Below are positions 24,270 through 37,692 of a stretch of 64,000 nucleotides of DNA, one piece after another. How positions within the stretch are numbered: position 1 is the stretch's first letter; every line of letters begins with the position of its first letter. Under the pieces are notes generated by a model. It saw only the letters and a list, made by a program, of their open reading frames with translations, was not told where the DNA came from and did not search any database. A program made the position numbers and the translations under genes. Origin of the DNA: Scyliorhinus canicula (Eukaryota); the NCBI RefSeq assembly GCF_902713615.1, contig NC_052159.1, positions 33,841,709-33,905,708 of the forward strand. Reading direction: 5' to 3'.

Positions 24270-27260
24270 TTGGTTTATTGTTCATGGCATCATTGACTCC
24301 ACACACGTGGCAGTTAAGACACCCATAGATCGCCCAAGATTATTGATCAACTGTAAGGGCTTCCACTCCATCAATAATGTGTAGTTGGTGTGCAACCCAA
24401 AGACATCTTTGTACAGATGTGTGCAAGATTCCCAATCAGCTGCCATGATTCTTTCAACCTGGAGCAGCCCACCTATGCTGATATCTTTCCACTTTGACGT
24501 AGGGTTACTGGATGGCTGTTCAGAGAGAAAGGATAACCTCTTAAAACAAGATTGATGGCACCTCTCGGATACCTGAGGAATCAACGATACAACAAAAGAT
24601 ATGTGATTACAAACTGTATCATTGAACAGGCTGTTGGCATGCTGAAGAGGCACTTAGGTGCCTGGTCAGATGGTGAGATGCCCTTTATTGTGGACCAGCC
24701 AGGGTCTCCAGAATGGTCAAGGTTTTCCCGACTCTGGCTAGAATCTTCTTCTCCCTGCTTGGCAGCGGGGTATCTTCATTTGGTAGGAAGCCACAAATCA
24801 GTTTCCCGATGGCGAGATAAACTTTTGCAATTCTGTTTTCAGCACAAGAGGGGAAGGGTGCTGCGGAAGCTGGGCAGGGAGTGAGGTCCCATGGGGAAGT
24901 GTGCTGCAGAAGCTGGACAGGGAAGGGAGATCCTGGGTGAGGGTCTTGTGGAGGCTGGACAGGGGAGCGATGCCTGGGGGGGGAGGGGCGGTTGGGGTGG
25001 GGGGGGGGCAGTGTTGTGGAGACTGGACAGGGGAGGGAGGTCCCTGGGGGAGGGTGCTGAGGTGGCTGGGCAGGAGAGTTGGGGGGGAGGAACAGTCACA
25101 GTGAGAGGTGGGAATGGAATGCAGTTGGATGACAGATTCATGGTTGAGTAGCAAATGGTCTCATGGGAAATGGGGTCACAGGACTGGACAAAACTGATGA
25201 TGCAGATAACGGGGGGGGGGGGGGTGCTCAGGATGAGCAAAGGATCGATAACTGGTATAATCTCAGAGGCGAGAGAAGGCATGTGGACAGTAATGTTTAT
25301 AGGGTTAAGGGTAAAAGGGAGCAGAGGAATGTTATATTGAGTGGGTCAAGGATTATGGCGGGGAAATTGGTGGATGGGTGACAGGGAGAGGGTAGAATAT
25401 GGTGGAATGGATCTGAAATGTGGTGCACGCCATTTTTTAAATGTGTTTGTTGAAATACAGTCATTCTGAAATTGTGGTCATTCAAAGTGGTGGGAGGTTC
25501 ATTTTGGGTGGGTGGAGTTCAAGTTGAGTACCATTGGCCGACTGAAGGAACACTCTAATAGTCATGAGTCACCTGGATGTGAAACATGCTCAGGTTCTCT
25601 TCTCTACAGCGAAGCCCACTTGGCAGCAGGTTTACTCCCTGACTTAGAATGGTCTTGCAACATTGAGATCCCAGCAAGGGGTTGGGAGCTGCAGTAAATG
25701 CTGGGCTAAAGAGCCAACTCAAGTTGATCAAGATAATGAGGGGGTGGGGGGAAGGGAATGGAGGGAGGAAACAGTGGTTAACTCTACAGGGCCCAGTGAC
25801 AGAGAACACAACAAAATGCACTGGTTTATAATTACAGAGCCTCCACTCCCCTACTTCCAAACACTCATCACAATCTGAGTGTTGAAATTCCTGCACATCT
25901 CAGAAGGGGTCCTGCTGCGATTCCTGGGAAGTAACACTTCCCGCCTTTCCTGGACAACCTTGAGGAGAATCTGCAGTGAGGCTTCACCAAACCTTGAAGG
26001 CCACACGTTGTCCTCTCAGTGACATGTTGTCTGTGATGTGCAGAAGGTGAAGCCCTTGGCTTGCAGTGAGTGAATGGCTGTCTGGGTTTCCTTTAAATAA
26101 GGCACCTGAACCTTCGCACCCATAAGGTAATGGCCAGGTAAACGACTTCCTACCCACCCTGCCGTGAGATTCGGCCTGCTACTTGTGGATGCTTATGTGA
26201 TGAGATGAACAGTGCATTGCCAGCCGTTCCGCCACCCAGTGGAAATCCCCGATCCTCTATTCCAACAAATGTTAGTCTCCAGAATGGAAGATCCTGCTCT
26301 TTGCTCAACATTGCACAGCAGCCAGGTGTGGGTCTCCAAAGGACCAAGACTCTGAGCACAGAGCCTCTGCACACAATTCCGAGGAAGTGGGGGAAGGAAA
26401 GGAGCAGGAGGAGGAAGGCAGTGCTGCCTGCAATTGTCTCATTATTGAAAGGCTCACTGAAGTTTCACCAGTGCACCCGTTGACCACCACATTCAAAAAT
26501 TACTTTTGCACATAACCCACAAGTGTCCCTCACACTAAGCTGTCCTGTAAACAACAAGCCTCCCTTGCACGCCGACCACCCCCCCACCCCATTGCTTTTT
26601 GTTAATTCACATCACTTACCTACCAGGCAGCAACCCAGACCTTACAAGACAGGAAAGTGGCCCAAAAGAACAATATTCATGGGGCTCAAATATGAAATAG
26701 AAGCTCATCAATCCAACAGTGTGCTGTACAGACCCTTGTGTAAACAGAAATCTTTACTTTTTCCCTTCTACATGGTGGAATTCCTGTGGCTTTAACAGGG
26801 ATAGTGGCATGCTGTTCAGATCCATACTATGACTGCTTGGTCAATGTCATATAGATTTTGGAGCCTAGAGGACCCTGGTAAAGACTGTTCCCCCTGCACC
26901 TGTACAGGAACAACTCGGCCACTGAGAAATCCGGCACCATGCGGAGTTCTGACTGCAGAATGAGAGGTGGGAGGCGCAACAGTTGAGAAGTGGAATTATT
27001 TTGGATGGTGTCCCCATGTATAGATCCCCTTTCATCATCATACCTCAGAGTTCCCTACTAGCAATGAGCTGATAAATAATTTTCTGCAGATCAGCAGAGC
27101 TTTGAACAGCCAAAGTTAGAATGTTAAATTGTGTTCATTGATGACCTGTAGGGTATAGCATCTGTGTCCAGCTGTGCAGAGTTTGGAACATACTGAGCCC
27201 TCTGATGGGACTCTCCACTGCCGTTCCTGTCGATAATGATTTTGATCTGTGAGTCTCTGG
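24270..27260. mobile_element. Rearranged, decayed Harbinger relic(s)
   Basis: Transposase pieces on + (GIIDSTHVAV, KGFHSIN, IIEQAVGMLK at 24283-24720; CSLLNIAQQ at ~26293). Myb N-terminus on - near 25900-26025 (SRFGEASLQILLKVVQERREVLLP). Confidence 0.7.
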
Positions 27261-27279
27261 TGCAAACCCATCTATTCAC

Positions 27280-27659
27280 TGTGGTATTAACATAAATATA
27301 AAAACTGCAAGGGTTAATGAAATGTCTAGATTAGCCACGAGAGGGATCTAGAGTTACAATTATATAAGACATTGATGCTAAGCCTTGGGAGGAGAGAAGT
27401 GAAGGAGGTAGCTAGAGTACAGACTGAAGGAAAGATAGTGTGAGTGAGAGCAGATCATAGTTTATAATAATGTAGAGATTAGTTGTAGATGAGTGCAGAT
27501 TATATGTTAAATTATCAACTGTGCATTATTCAGGAGTACATGTTGAATTCAAATTAGTAGTGTTAATAAATTTATAGCTTTGTTTAAGTTCAAGCTATTT
27601 TGTGGTATTTGTGAACACTATGCCAACCATCTTGAAAAAGCAACACAAAAAACACCACA
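27280..27659 (+). mobile_element. Solo LTR (380 bp, gypsy-type)
   Basis: TGTGGT...ACCACA inverted termini, TATATAA, AATAAA, and a perfect 5-bp TSD TTCAC (27275-27279, 27660-27664). Confidence 0.9.
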
Positions 27660-29529
27660 TTCACCTTACTGACCTCACTGAAATGTGAGGACCTGTGTTG
27701 ATGCATGGTCTGATAGCCCGTAAGCATGCCCATCTAGCGGAGAACTTCTTCCCCGACACTCTCTGCTCCACTTTTCCGCTGAATCTACCCAGAGTATGGG
27801 TGGAAAGGCCCAAAACCAACACCTTCAAGCAGGAGCCACCCTGTGTGCAACCACTCACTGCATGGTCGCCACTGGAAATCCCCGGATCTTCTCTTTTTAA
27901 ATCTCCTCTCAACCTCCACTTGGTGATAACTACAGCTTCTCATTTCTAGCTTCATCCTGATTAATCAACAATATATGTTACCTGCTCCATGACAACTGGA
28001 GATTGGTACCTTGGTAACACGACCATGATTTTCGTGTGCTGAAGCAATGCTCTTTAACATACCTGCTAGTCGCCATATATATGCTATCAACTCATCAGTC
28101 GTTCCCACATCTTATTATACTTATCTGTATACCAAGTAAATGTAACTGTTAATTGTCTCGCAACCTTTTATGTGTGTATGTAAATACACACCAGATAATA
28201 CCGGCGCCACTAATGATCCAATTTAGACTGGAATTTTAATGACCTTCACCTCTTATAGCAACTTACTTAATTCTAGCTCACTGGCCAATTAACTCAGTCA
28301 CCTTTAATAATTCAGTGCAGAGCAAGTTCAGAATAACTTCTCCCTTATGGCGCTCAATTCATTTAATTAAAATTTATAGTTCAATTAACTCATCTCGGCT
28401 GAAACATTGGGTCAGCGTTGTCTTCTCTTTGTTACTTTCGTAAGCTCCCCATAGGGTTGTGACTTTGCACTGGCTACGGTTGGATTCTGTGCTTTCCATA
28501 GCTTATCAGTTTACTGTTATTTTTACGCATATAAAGGTATAATAATAGCCCACTACATTGCACTAGGACCTTATGTTTAGTTTTTGGCTTTTGAGATCTA
28601 ATTATGGAAGTAACGCATTTGTGACGTTATGGAGTCTCATTTTGATAATTAAAGACAATCCTATATTGAGCCTTTGAATCAAAGAGGCAGGTGGGCCTGG
28701 CCCATCCAAATAGTCCATATTTATATTCCACACTAATTACATTGTGGATTAAACAATGTTTCTGATGTTATGATGCTTGTTTGTGTTCTCAGGTCATGGC
28801 TTCCACGAGTTTGTTATTTATAGTTGGAGACAGATCTCCTCACAGCCATCAAATGATCCGAGTGTGTTTGCAAACACACTGGGCACTGAGGTCTTGGGGG
28901 TAAAAAGAAAATCAGCTTTAACCAAGTTCCAGCACCACACAAAATCCGCCAGATGTGCACATTTACACTCTACTTATGATCATGCGTGGAAAATGGCTTC
29001 ACGGTAATTATGGAAAAATTGATAAGCTATTTTGTTTCTTTAAAATTGTTTACTCCTGATGTGGCATGTTGTCACGGATTCTGGGGAATTTGGGATGACA
29101 GTGATATTTCTTCATGTAATTTATATTTAGTCATTGCCCTGAGCTAACATCTTTCATGTGACAGTGGAATAATTGCCTATGATGTGCAGTTTTTTTCATG
29201 TGATCTATTCAGTAACAACAATGCAAGTTTGCGATTGAATTTTGGAAAATTCCTGTCCATTTCCAGTCAGAGTAACAGAAGGAGAGAGCGAATGATGGCT
29301 GGTGGTTCTCTGGTGAATCACCATGGGCCCTATTTCTGGCTGTTAGTAATTCTACTGTTTCTGGAGAGGAGAAAATTACACTTTGGCACACAGGATATTT
29401 TTAGTGGTATTGCAACCACAGCGCATTTTCAAATATGGATTGAGCACAATGGTAAATGCTTACTACTCGTGAGCTAAAATCACTAGTTTGGTTATTTATG
29501 AAGGCAGGAGGTGAGGGAGTGGTGGTGGT

Positions 29530-30917
29530 TGTTGTAATATAGGTTCTTCAGCTGTCTCAACATGAGATCTTGAAATTTGTATATTTAAACATGGACCCTT
29601 TATTGTTAGTGTTTAACTATTTATAATCCCATGTTGCTGTCATGCATGGAGCTGCTTCTCTCTGAGCCATTACCATATGGCTCTGTACATCCAACTAAGG
29701 TGCTATTCTCTGGCCCCACATTAACCTTTGCTCTGCTGAGCACCATTACATTAGAATGGCATGTGCACAATATCACAACATCCCCCTTTCTTCTCTAAAA
29801 AATCTTTCCTCCCTTCCAGCGGAGTATTACAATGCAACCTTTACTTGCTATCCTTTCTCCCCCATCTCAAGTTTCTGACTTTACAAATTCAGATGGTCTT
29901 GAGTCCTGACAGTCCTCCCACAGCTCGGTCTGACACTTGTGGAAGAATGGTAGTCATACTCAGTGTTTCTGGTGCCTGTTTATCTTTATTTGATTTGCTT
30001 TTAGCGCTCCTTCGAGTTGCCTTTCTCTTCTTTAACAACCCGTCTGCTTTTTCCGGACACTGGGTGGTTGTGCCATTCCTTCCAAAAAGGAATGTGCCCT
30101 CCGTTCATTTCTAGAGTGGACTCGAGATTCCTTTCCCATGGTATCCGCCATGTTCTTGCTGGATGCATGTTTCACAAATGAAATCTTCACTCCCATGTGT
30201 TTCACAGTGTCAGCCAAACACTTATTTCCTGTTTTATTTTCAAATTGCTTTGCAACCTTATGATCTTTTCACTCAACTCAATGGTCTTCAGCCCAGCTGA
30301 GCCATCCAGTGCCTCTTCTTCTACTTCAGGGTCGAATTTATATTCTCCGATCTTATTTCCGTCTTTTCTTTCTCTGCCTGCAGCTTGGAAAGCTCGACGG
30401 CTTTTCCTTCAGATGCCTCCTCTTTGCCATGCAACTGCTTCTTCAGCCTGCTTCTTGTAGCTTTTGGCTTGCTCCTGGGATATGGAACGTAGCTGAGCCT
30501 TATCTGCCAACTGGCAGTTTGTTCAGAGTGACGTTAAATTAATTTTGCTTCTCTTCAAAATTCTTCCAAGGAACAAACTTTGATCTGAGGGATTCTTTTA
30601 ACGTGCGAAGGTCTGTCGACAGGTGTTTCATTTCTCTGCGATGCTCGGCTCCTTCATCTTGAATTTTTCTGTTGGGCTTCCTTGAGTTCCTTCTGCTATG
30701 CTTCCATTCTGGGGTTTAAGAGAGCCTTCATCATGTTGCTGAACAGTCACGCATTCCGTTTGCATGTGATTTTGAAGGGCAATCAACTCTTCTTTCAACT
30801 GTTTATTTTCTTTATTGATGTCTTGCCAAGCCACTCAGGGCTTCAGTCCATTGTCTCGTTACCTCAGCTTGAATCTTGTGCTTCAACTTTTCCAGTTCAG
30901 CTCTGTTTTAGAGAATT
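29530..30917 (-). mobile_element. 3' portion of a non-autonomous LTR retrotransposon: 3' LTR 29530-29780, PPT 29781-29796, internal coiled-coil sequence
   Basis: Minus strand shows PPT AGAGAAGAAAGGGGGA, then TGTTGTGATA...TATTACAACA containing TATAAA and AATAAA. Upstream is RPSCGRTVRTQDHLNL*, resembling a gypsy integrase tail. Confidence 0.8.
30250..30917 (-). pseudogene. Decayed coiled-coil coding fragment, UACA/RAI14/ANKRD24-like
   Basis: DINKENKQLKEELIALQNHMQTECVTVQQHDE and TDLRTLKESLRSKFVPWKNFEEKQN*FNVTLNKL, with stops and frameshifts. Confidence 0.55.
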
Positions 30918-30921
30918 GGGT

Positions 30922-31670
30922 AGGGGGGGAAGGAGATTCCAGTTGAGCCTTCATTTGCATCCCATTAGTGGGACGCAATCAGTTTCCTGCCAACCTCCAA
31001 TGGGTTTCCCGATTCTCCATGGCAGGCATCAGCAGAAGATCCCGTGGGGAAATTCACGTTGTCGTAAAATCAATTTTTGGGCCTCCTTCCAAATTTACCC
31101 CACCCATCAGTGATCCGTCGACGGGGGCATGGCAGAATTCTACCCTCTGATCAGAATTCTTAGAATGGTGGTGGCTTGGCCTCCGCCATCTAGAGAGTTG
31201 ATGGGGGGGCACATCCCCACTGGCACCAGCAGCTCCAGTGCTTTTTACGCGCTAACGAGCAATGATTGGAAGTAGGCAGGCTACCTCGGGAAGAAGTCTC
31301 ACCTTGGAGAATTGCCAGCCAGCTCCTCCAGAAACAGTGCTGCAGTGTCCAGAAGAGGCACTGCAGAATGTTTCCTGATCCTAAGTCCAGGGAACCAGAG
31401 GAAACGGTAAGTGTCAGGGTCTGGTTGGGGACGGTAGCAAAAGCCTGAGGGGTTGCAAAGGGGGGGGTGGATTTGGGGTCTCAGGGGATAGGCTTAGGGA
31501 AGAGGACGGTCAGTAGGTCACTGGGCCTGTAGGGGAGGGATCCCCCAGTCAGTCGGGGCTTCTGATGGAGGCGCCCCCTACCCCCCTCCCACCCCCCCTT
31601 CCCACCAGGATCTAACTCACTTGATTTCTGGCCTTACTACCGTGAACTGTCAGCCACCCACCAGCCATCA
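30922..31670. mobile_element. Decayed Harbinger-type MITE(s)
   Basis: GC-rich, with a terminus-like GCAGAATTCTACCC at ~31146. Confidence 0.45.
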
Positions 31671-31679
31671 AAAATTCAA

Positions 31680-32310
31680 TTAGCTTACATAAACACGATC
31701 TGCTTTCGCAAATCTGTGCTGGCTCTCTTTAATTAATTCAAATTTATCCAAGGGCCTCTTAACATTTTTCCCTGATTTATTATTTCCATGACCTGATCCA
31801 CCACTGATGTAAAATTGATTGGCCTATAGTTACTAGGAATGTCCTTGAAGCCTTTCTTGAATTAGGGTGTCACGTTAGCCACTCTCAAAACCTCTGGCAC
31901 AACCCCTGGATTGAGGGAAGATTGGAGGATTATGCAAGCTTTCCCATTATTTCTGCTTCCTCTTCCCTTAGCAACCTGGGATGCAAGCCAGGTGACTTAT
32001 CCTGTCTGAGCATAACCAGCCCTTTCCGACATTTTCTCCCTATCCATTACATCTACCATCTCTGCTTATTCTGATATTCTGCGTCTTCTTTAGGAAACAC
32101 CAATACAAAGTGTTCATTAAGTATTCTAGCTTTATCCTGTATCTCTAAGCATATATCATTCTTGCCCCTAATAGACCCATCTCTTACTACCCAATTACTA
32201 TTTACCTGCTGGTAGAAGATATTTGGCTTCTGTTTTATGCTTACTGCAATTCTATTCTCGTATTCATTCTTCGCTAGACTTATTTTCCTTTTCATACCTC
32301 TCCCAACTAT
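31680..32310 (-). mobile_element. CR1 LINE ORF2 fragment
   Basis: AKNEYENRIA..KPNIFYQ, ARILNEHFVLVF, VANVTP and NYRPINFTSVV. Confidence 0.8.
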
Positions 32311-32511
32311 GTAGGCACTATCTACTAGTTGCCATTGTAGCCGTCGCTAAAACATTGGTATTACCCAACAAGATGAAAAAATCTATAATTTGTTATTTTC
32401 AGGTTTGTTAGCGTTGACCTTTTTTGAGGTCTAGCATTTACACACTAAAACCAATATGTTGTCAATTCATCTTTTTGATACAGGACAGAAGTTGTAATGT
32501 AAACAAGTGAT

Positions 32512-32855
32512 TAGAACATAGAACATAGAACAGTACAGCACAGAACAGGCCCTTCGGCCCTTGATGTTGTGCCGAGCAATGATCACCCTACTCAAACCCA
32601 CATATCCACCCTATACCCGTAACCCAACAACACCCCCCCCCCCCCCAACCTTACAGGACACTACGGGCAATTTAGCATGGCCAATCCACCTAACCCGCAC
32701 ATCTTTGGACTGTGGGAGGAAACCGGAGCACCCGGAGGAAACCCACGCACACACGGGGAGGACGTGCAGACTCCGCACAAACAGTGACCCAGCCGGGAAT
32801 CGAACCTGGGACCCTGGAGCTGTGAAGCATTTATGCTAACCACCATGCTACCGTG
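32512..32855 (-). mobile_element. HE1-type V-SINE (young; nearly identical to 3788-4140)
   Basis: Head and core give the same spurious 61-aa ORF as 3804-3989. (CATAGAA)n tail. Confidence 0.93.
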
Positions 32856-33829
32856 ATTGAACCATATGAATGCATGTGGATTAGTTTTCTATGCTGTCAG
32901 TGGGTAGCAGTGCATGAAGGGGATGAAGTGCTTGTATGGTTTTGTTTGAAATTGGTGTGAAATCATAGGCTGTATAATTGTTCTGCGACGTTCTTCCCTG
33001 TGGGTCCCTGCCCCCACTGGGAGAGCGGAAAAATGAGAACGGTCCTTATAAGGTTTCAGAACGTAGATATGTCATATTGCTAATCTATTCAGAATGGACA
33101 ATTAGAACATTTGACATTTTTTTCTGGCGGTAATAAATTCCAGGGGCTGGATTTTCCCATTTTGATGCGGGGCCAAATAGGGTCTGGCAGGCTGTAAAAA
33201 CGGATGCCCGCTTCCATTCCTGGACCCGCCGTTATCAGCAGCATCGGATAAGGGGATACGTTGCAGGCCCCCTGCTGTCCAGAATTTTCCAGTTCCAAAG
33301 CAGAGTGGCCATTTCAAACCTCCCGTAATTCTCAGATTCGGCCTAGTTTCGGAAGCCAACATGATTCACACCAACACAGATGTGTCTTGAACCATGGTTT
33401 GGGGTTGGGAACCATTTGAAATGTAAATTCAAATGGTGTTGCCAATTTAACATGTCATACTGTAGCATGGGTACCTGAAGGTATTTATGTTTTTAATACT
33501 GTGAGCGATGGTAGGACTTTGTTTTGAAAAGATAATTAAATTAACCATTAAAGTCACCATCACTTCTGTCATCTGGCAAGCTGTCAAGACAGAACAACAT
33601 TTTAAATCATTCTTTCACACGACGTGGATGTCGCTGGCTAGGCCAGTATTCTTATTGCTCTTAAGAAGGTGGTGAGCCACCTTCTTTAACCGCTGCTGTC
33701 TTTGTGGTGTAGGTGCACCTACAGTGCTGTTAGGGAGGTAGTTCCAGGGGTTTGATCGAGCAACAGTGGAGGAATGGCAATGTGATTCGAAGTCAGGATG
33801 GCGAGTGGCTTGGAGGGGAACCAGGTAGG

Positions 33830-34357
33830 TCCATGCGCAGTAGGTTCTTTCTCCACACCGGCCCCGATGCAACATGGCTTGGGCTACAGGGGCCAGAGCG
33901 GAACAAAAGAGGCCCCCAGCCCGAGAGGCCGGCCCGCCGATCGGGAGGCCCCGATCATGGGCCAGGCACAGCAGAGGCCCCCCTGGGGTCAGACTCCACC
34001 CCCCCCCCCCCTCCCCAACCAGGCTGCCCCTGGATGCATGCACGCCGAGGTCCCGTCGGGTAAGGGCAGGTGTGAGCGGCGCTGGTGAGACTCTGATTAT
34101 TTGCGTGGCTGCTCGGCCCATTCCGGGCGGAGAATCGCCGGGGGGGGGGGGGGGGGGGGGGGGGCTGTATAGTGGCCCCAGACCGGTGCCGATTCTATGG
34201 TCTCCGGAGAATCGGTGGACCGGCGTGGTGGTGGCGTCAAGCGATTTGCGCTCATCCCAGCGATTCTCCGGCTCAGCCTGAGCTGAGAGAATCCCGCCCC
34301 ATGTGTTGATGGTGGAAGGAGTGAATGTTGGAAGTGGAGGTCGGAGAATCCCGCCCC
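33830..34357. mobile_element. GC-rich Harbinger-type MITE with duplicated right terminus
   Basis: GAGAATCCCGCCCC at ~34287-34300 and again at ~34345-34358. Poly-C and poly-G tracts. Confidence 0.72.
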
Positions 34358-35251
34358 AGATATCTGGCAGTAGGTCCCTTTTAAAATGGAGCTGAATGAA
34401 TGGTCTTAATGGAGCGGTCAGTGGCAGGTCAGTGCGACTGCTGACAGTGATTAGAGCAGCTCAGAAACCTCATCAACCACCCACCGCACCCCCCACCACC
34501 CCTCTGCTCCCTGGCATTTATTGCCACTCCACTTTCAATACGTCCTCCTCACTCTTATCCATTTTTACTGTCTCCTGAGATTATAATGTTGGTGTGAATT
34601 TGAAACAACTATTTGTGGATAAACGAGGCAGTGCTCTGATTAAAAGACTGAACTGTCCAAAGACTGCCAGCTTTCTTACAATGAGACTTTTCCAGAAGAC
34701 ACAAGGCACAATAGATTATGGACAAGGTATTTTGTGGCAAAGATTTGCTTTCACAATCCATTGTGTTTCCTCTGATTAACCAGTTAACTTTGGCAGTGCA
34801 TGAAGCAACTGGCAAACATTTGAATAAGACAGGCAGCTACCACCGTCACCAGGAAATGCTTTTAGATGTAAAGCACATGCAGCAACTTCCAGAATAATAA
34901 ATATACTTCACCAAGTCCCATCTCAGCCACTTTGAGTTGTTATTACTGGGCATGATGCATGGGTTGAGAATTCTGCATCAACTTCCAAAATAATGACAGT
35001 TGCCCAACCCAAAAATAACTTTTTCTACCTCTGAGGCTCAGCATAATTACAGTCTGACTGGACCATCGTGATTGTTGGACAATTGGCAAGGGGAAAGGGA
35101 CTATTCTTGAAGATAATTGCATGAATCCAGTAACTACGCATATTAATGAGTGGCTTCTACTGCATTCAGTTGGAAGAATTTTACCCTCATTGCGCCATTT
35201 TTTTCAGGTGCAAAATAAATGTAAAAGGGTTCAGTTTCAGGGCATAATGCT

Positions 35252-35567
35252 GGGGCAGCATGGTGGTTAGCATAAATGCTTCACAGCTCCAGGATCCCAG
35301 GTTCGGTTCCCGGCTGTGTCACTGTCTGTGCGGAGTCTGCACGTCCTCCCCGTGTGTGCGTGGGTTTCCTCCAGGTGCTCCGGTTTCCTCCCACAGTCCA
35401 AAGATGTGTGGGTTAGGTGGAGTGGCCATGCTAAATTGCCCGTAGTGTCCTAAAAAGTAAGGTTGGGGGGGGGTGTGGTGGATATGTGGGTTTGAGTAGG
35501 GTGATCATTGCTCGGCACAACATCGAGGGCCGAAGGGCCTGTTCTGTGCTGTATTGTTCTATGTTCT
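35252..35567 (+). mobile_element. HE1-type V-SINE
   Basis: Same subfamily as 3788-4140. Confidence 0.92.
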
Positions 35568-36339
35568 AATGTTCTGTAATAAATCTGACCTTATTTTTAA
35601 AGGCATCCAGGGCAGCCACCTAAAACAGGTGTTGGACCCCTGCACATGGCAATGTCCTCCTGCTTAAATTGGAATGGGTTTGGGCCATTTTAACCTGTAG
35701 GGCTTATTTCCTTCTCTCCAGTGGATGTCCAAAGAGTCTTTTTGAAGAATAAAGGGTTATAGTGTTTGGGCAGGAAGTGGAGCTGAGTCCACAAAAGATC
35801 AGCCATGATCTCATTGAATGGCAGAGCACGCTCGAGGAGCCATATGGCCTACTCCTGCTCCTAGTTCTTATAATCTTCCGAGCAGGAATCCATACATGGC
35901 TTCTGGGTGGGAGTGCAATTTTGGGCTACCACCTGGATCTCTGGGGAGAAATTGTGGCAGTTAAGGGGAGGAATGTCTGGAGAAATGGGCATCAAGGTTT
36001 CCTTGTCATGTAGCCCTCCTGCTCCTTCTCAAGACAAGGAAAACCGTGAAAAAGGAATTACAATTAACTTCTTCTGATCCCTTCTGGACCTGCTCCTGGC
36101 TCCAGACAGGTTTTTCTGGTGAGTCTGACATGATTGTGGGTTGCAGGACTACACGTTAAATTACTTTGGCCCCGACTTGCATCATGAAGCCCAGAATGTT
36201 GCATTTTATGAGGCGTTCACCTGCTTACCACATGTTCCTCACTGACCTACATTGCCGCAAATTTAGAACTCTCATCTTGTTTATGTTCATCATGGTTTTG
36301 TTACTTTCTATTTCTTTAATCTCTTCCAGCTCTACAATC

Positions 36340-37040
36340 TCCCCTAAACATTCCTTTAAAGTGAGGTTGTCCATTTTGTATCAAGAAAGGATAGAGCAGG
36401 GTACTTTTTAAATGGGAAGAGGTTAAGTACAGTGCATATCCAAAGAGACGTGGGGGTACAGGTGCACAGATCTTTAATGTGCCATGAATAAGTGCAAAAT
36501 ATAATCAAAAAGATTAATGGAATGCTATACTTTACATCTAGAGGATTGCAGTATAAAGACACAGAAGTTATGCTGCAGCTTTACAAAACCCTTACATTTT
36601 TGGCTTTGTCCATATATATGTTTCTGGAGTCTTGCATCTTTGACTTTTTCTGTATATATATATATGTTTCAGGAACCCCCTTCTTCATTCACCTGGGGAA
36701 GGAGCTACGCTCCGAAAGCTAGTGATTCGAAACAAACCTGGATTTTAACCTGGTGTTGTAAGACTTTTTACTGTGCCTACCCCGGTCCAACGCCGGCATC
36801 TCCACATCATCACACAAAGGATGGTAGAGGTTTGGATCTCTCTCCCACAAACAGCAGTTTGAAGCTGGAACAGTTGTTAATTTTAAATCTGATGATGGAT
36901 AGATTTTTGTTAAGCAAAGATATTAGGGATATGGGCCAAAGGCAGATATATGGAGTTAGATCACAGATCAGCCATGATACCATTAAATGGTGGGACTGGC
37001 TCGAGGGGCTGAATGGTCTATTTCTGTTCCTATGTTCCTA
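36340..37040 (+). mobile_element. CR1 LINE 3' fragment interrupted by a Penelope end
   Basis: QRDVGVQVHRSL and RGLQYKDTEVMLQLYKTL, plus a CR1 3' UTR ending CCTATGTTCCTA. Confidence 0.8.
36591..36810 (+). mobile_element. Penelope-like pseudo-LTR with degenerate minimal type-I hammerhead ribozyme (36689-36725)
   Basis: TCAC-CTGGGGA-A-GGAGC(TAC)GCTCC-GAAA-GCTA-GTGA, with a partial tandem duplication upstream. Confidence 0.7.
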
Positions 37041-37363
37041 AATCTGGCCTCTTGTACAACCCCCACCCGTTGCAAAGTAAAACATCGCACCTATCGGGTT
37101 ATATACAAAGATATCTGAGGTTTTGAGATTCATTGCTATTAATCAGAACAATTCCTTGAACCTAAGGTGATTTTCATTCATGGGTGGGCCTGATTTTGCT
37201 AGGGTCTGATTATATTCTCTACTTACTGCAAGGTGGTGGCAAAATATGGGCAAGGATAAGGGGCCAGACTGTCAGTGTTGGTTTCAGCACTCCGCTGATG
37301 ATTCTGATAATGGCGTTCAGTTGCAAATCGACAAGATTTGGACATGGACTTCCTGCCCAAAAT

Positions 37364-37692
37364 CGCACAGTGGTTAGCACTGTTGCTTCACAATGCCAGG
37401 GTCCCAGGCTCAATTCCAGCCTTGTGACTGTGTGGAGCTTGCACATTCTCCCCGTGACTGCGTTGGTTTCCTCCAGGTGCTCCGGCTTCCTCCCATCGTC
37501 CAAAGATGTGCACGTTATGAGGATTGGCCATGCTAAATTGCCCCATTAGTGTCCAGAGACATGTAGGTTAGGTTAATGGGTTATTGGGATAGGGCGGGAA
37601 AGTGGGCTTGGGTGGAGTGCTCTTTCAGAGGGTTTGTGCAGACAAGTGGACTGAATGGACTCCCTCTGCACTGTAGGGGTTCTATTCTATTC
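37364..37692 (+). mobile_element. HE1-type V-SINE
   Basis: Head, V-core and (TTCTA)n tail. Confidence 0.88.

Noticed and set aside
28794-28900. Possible host exon (polypyrimidine-CAG ... GTAAAA)
   Set aside because: No recognisable protein motif and no partner exons; unsupported without RNA data.
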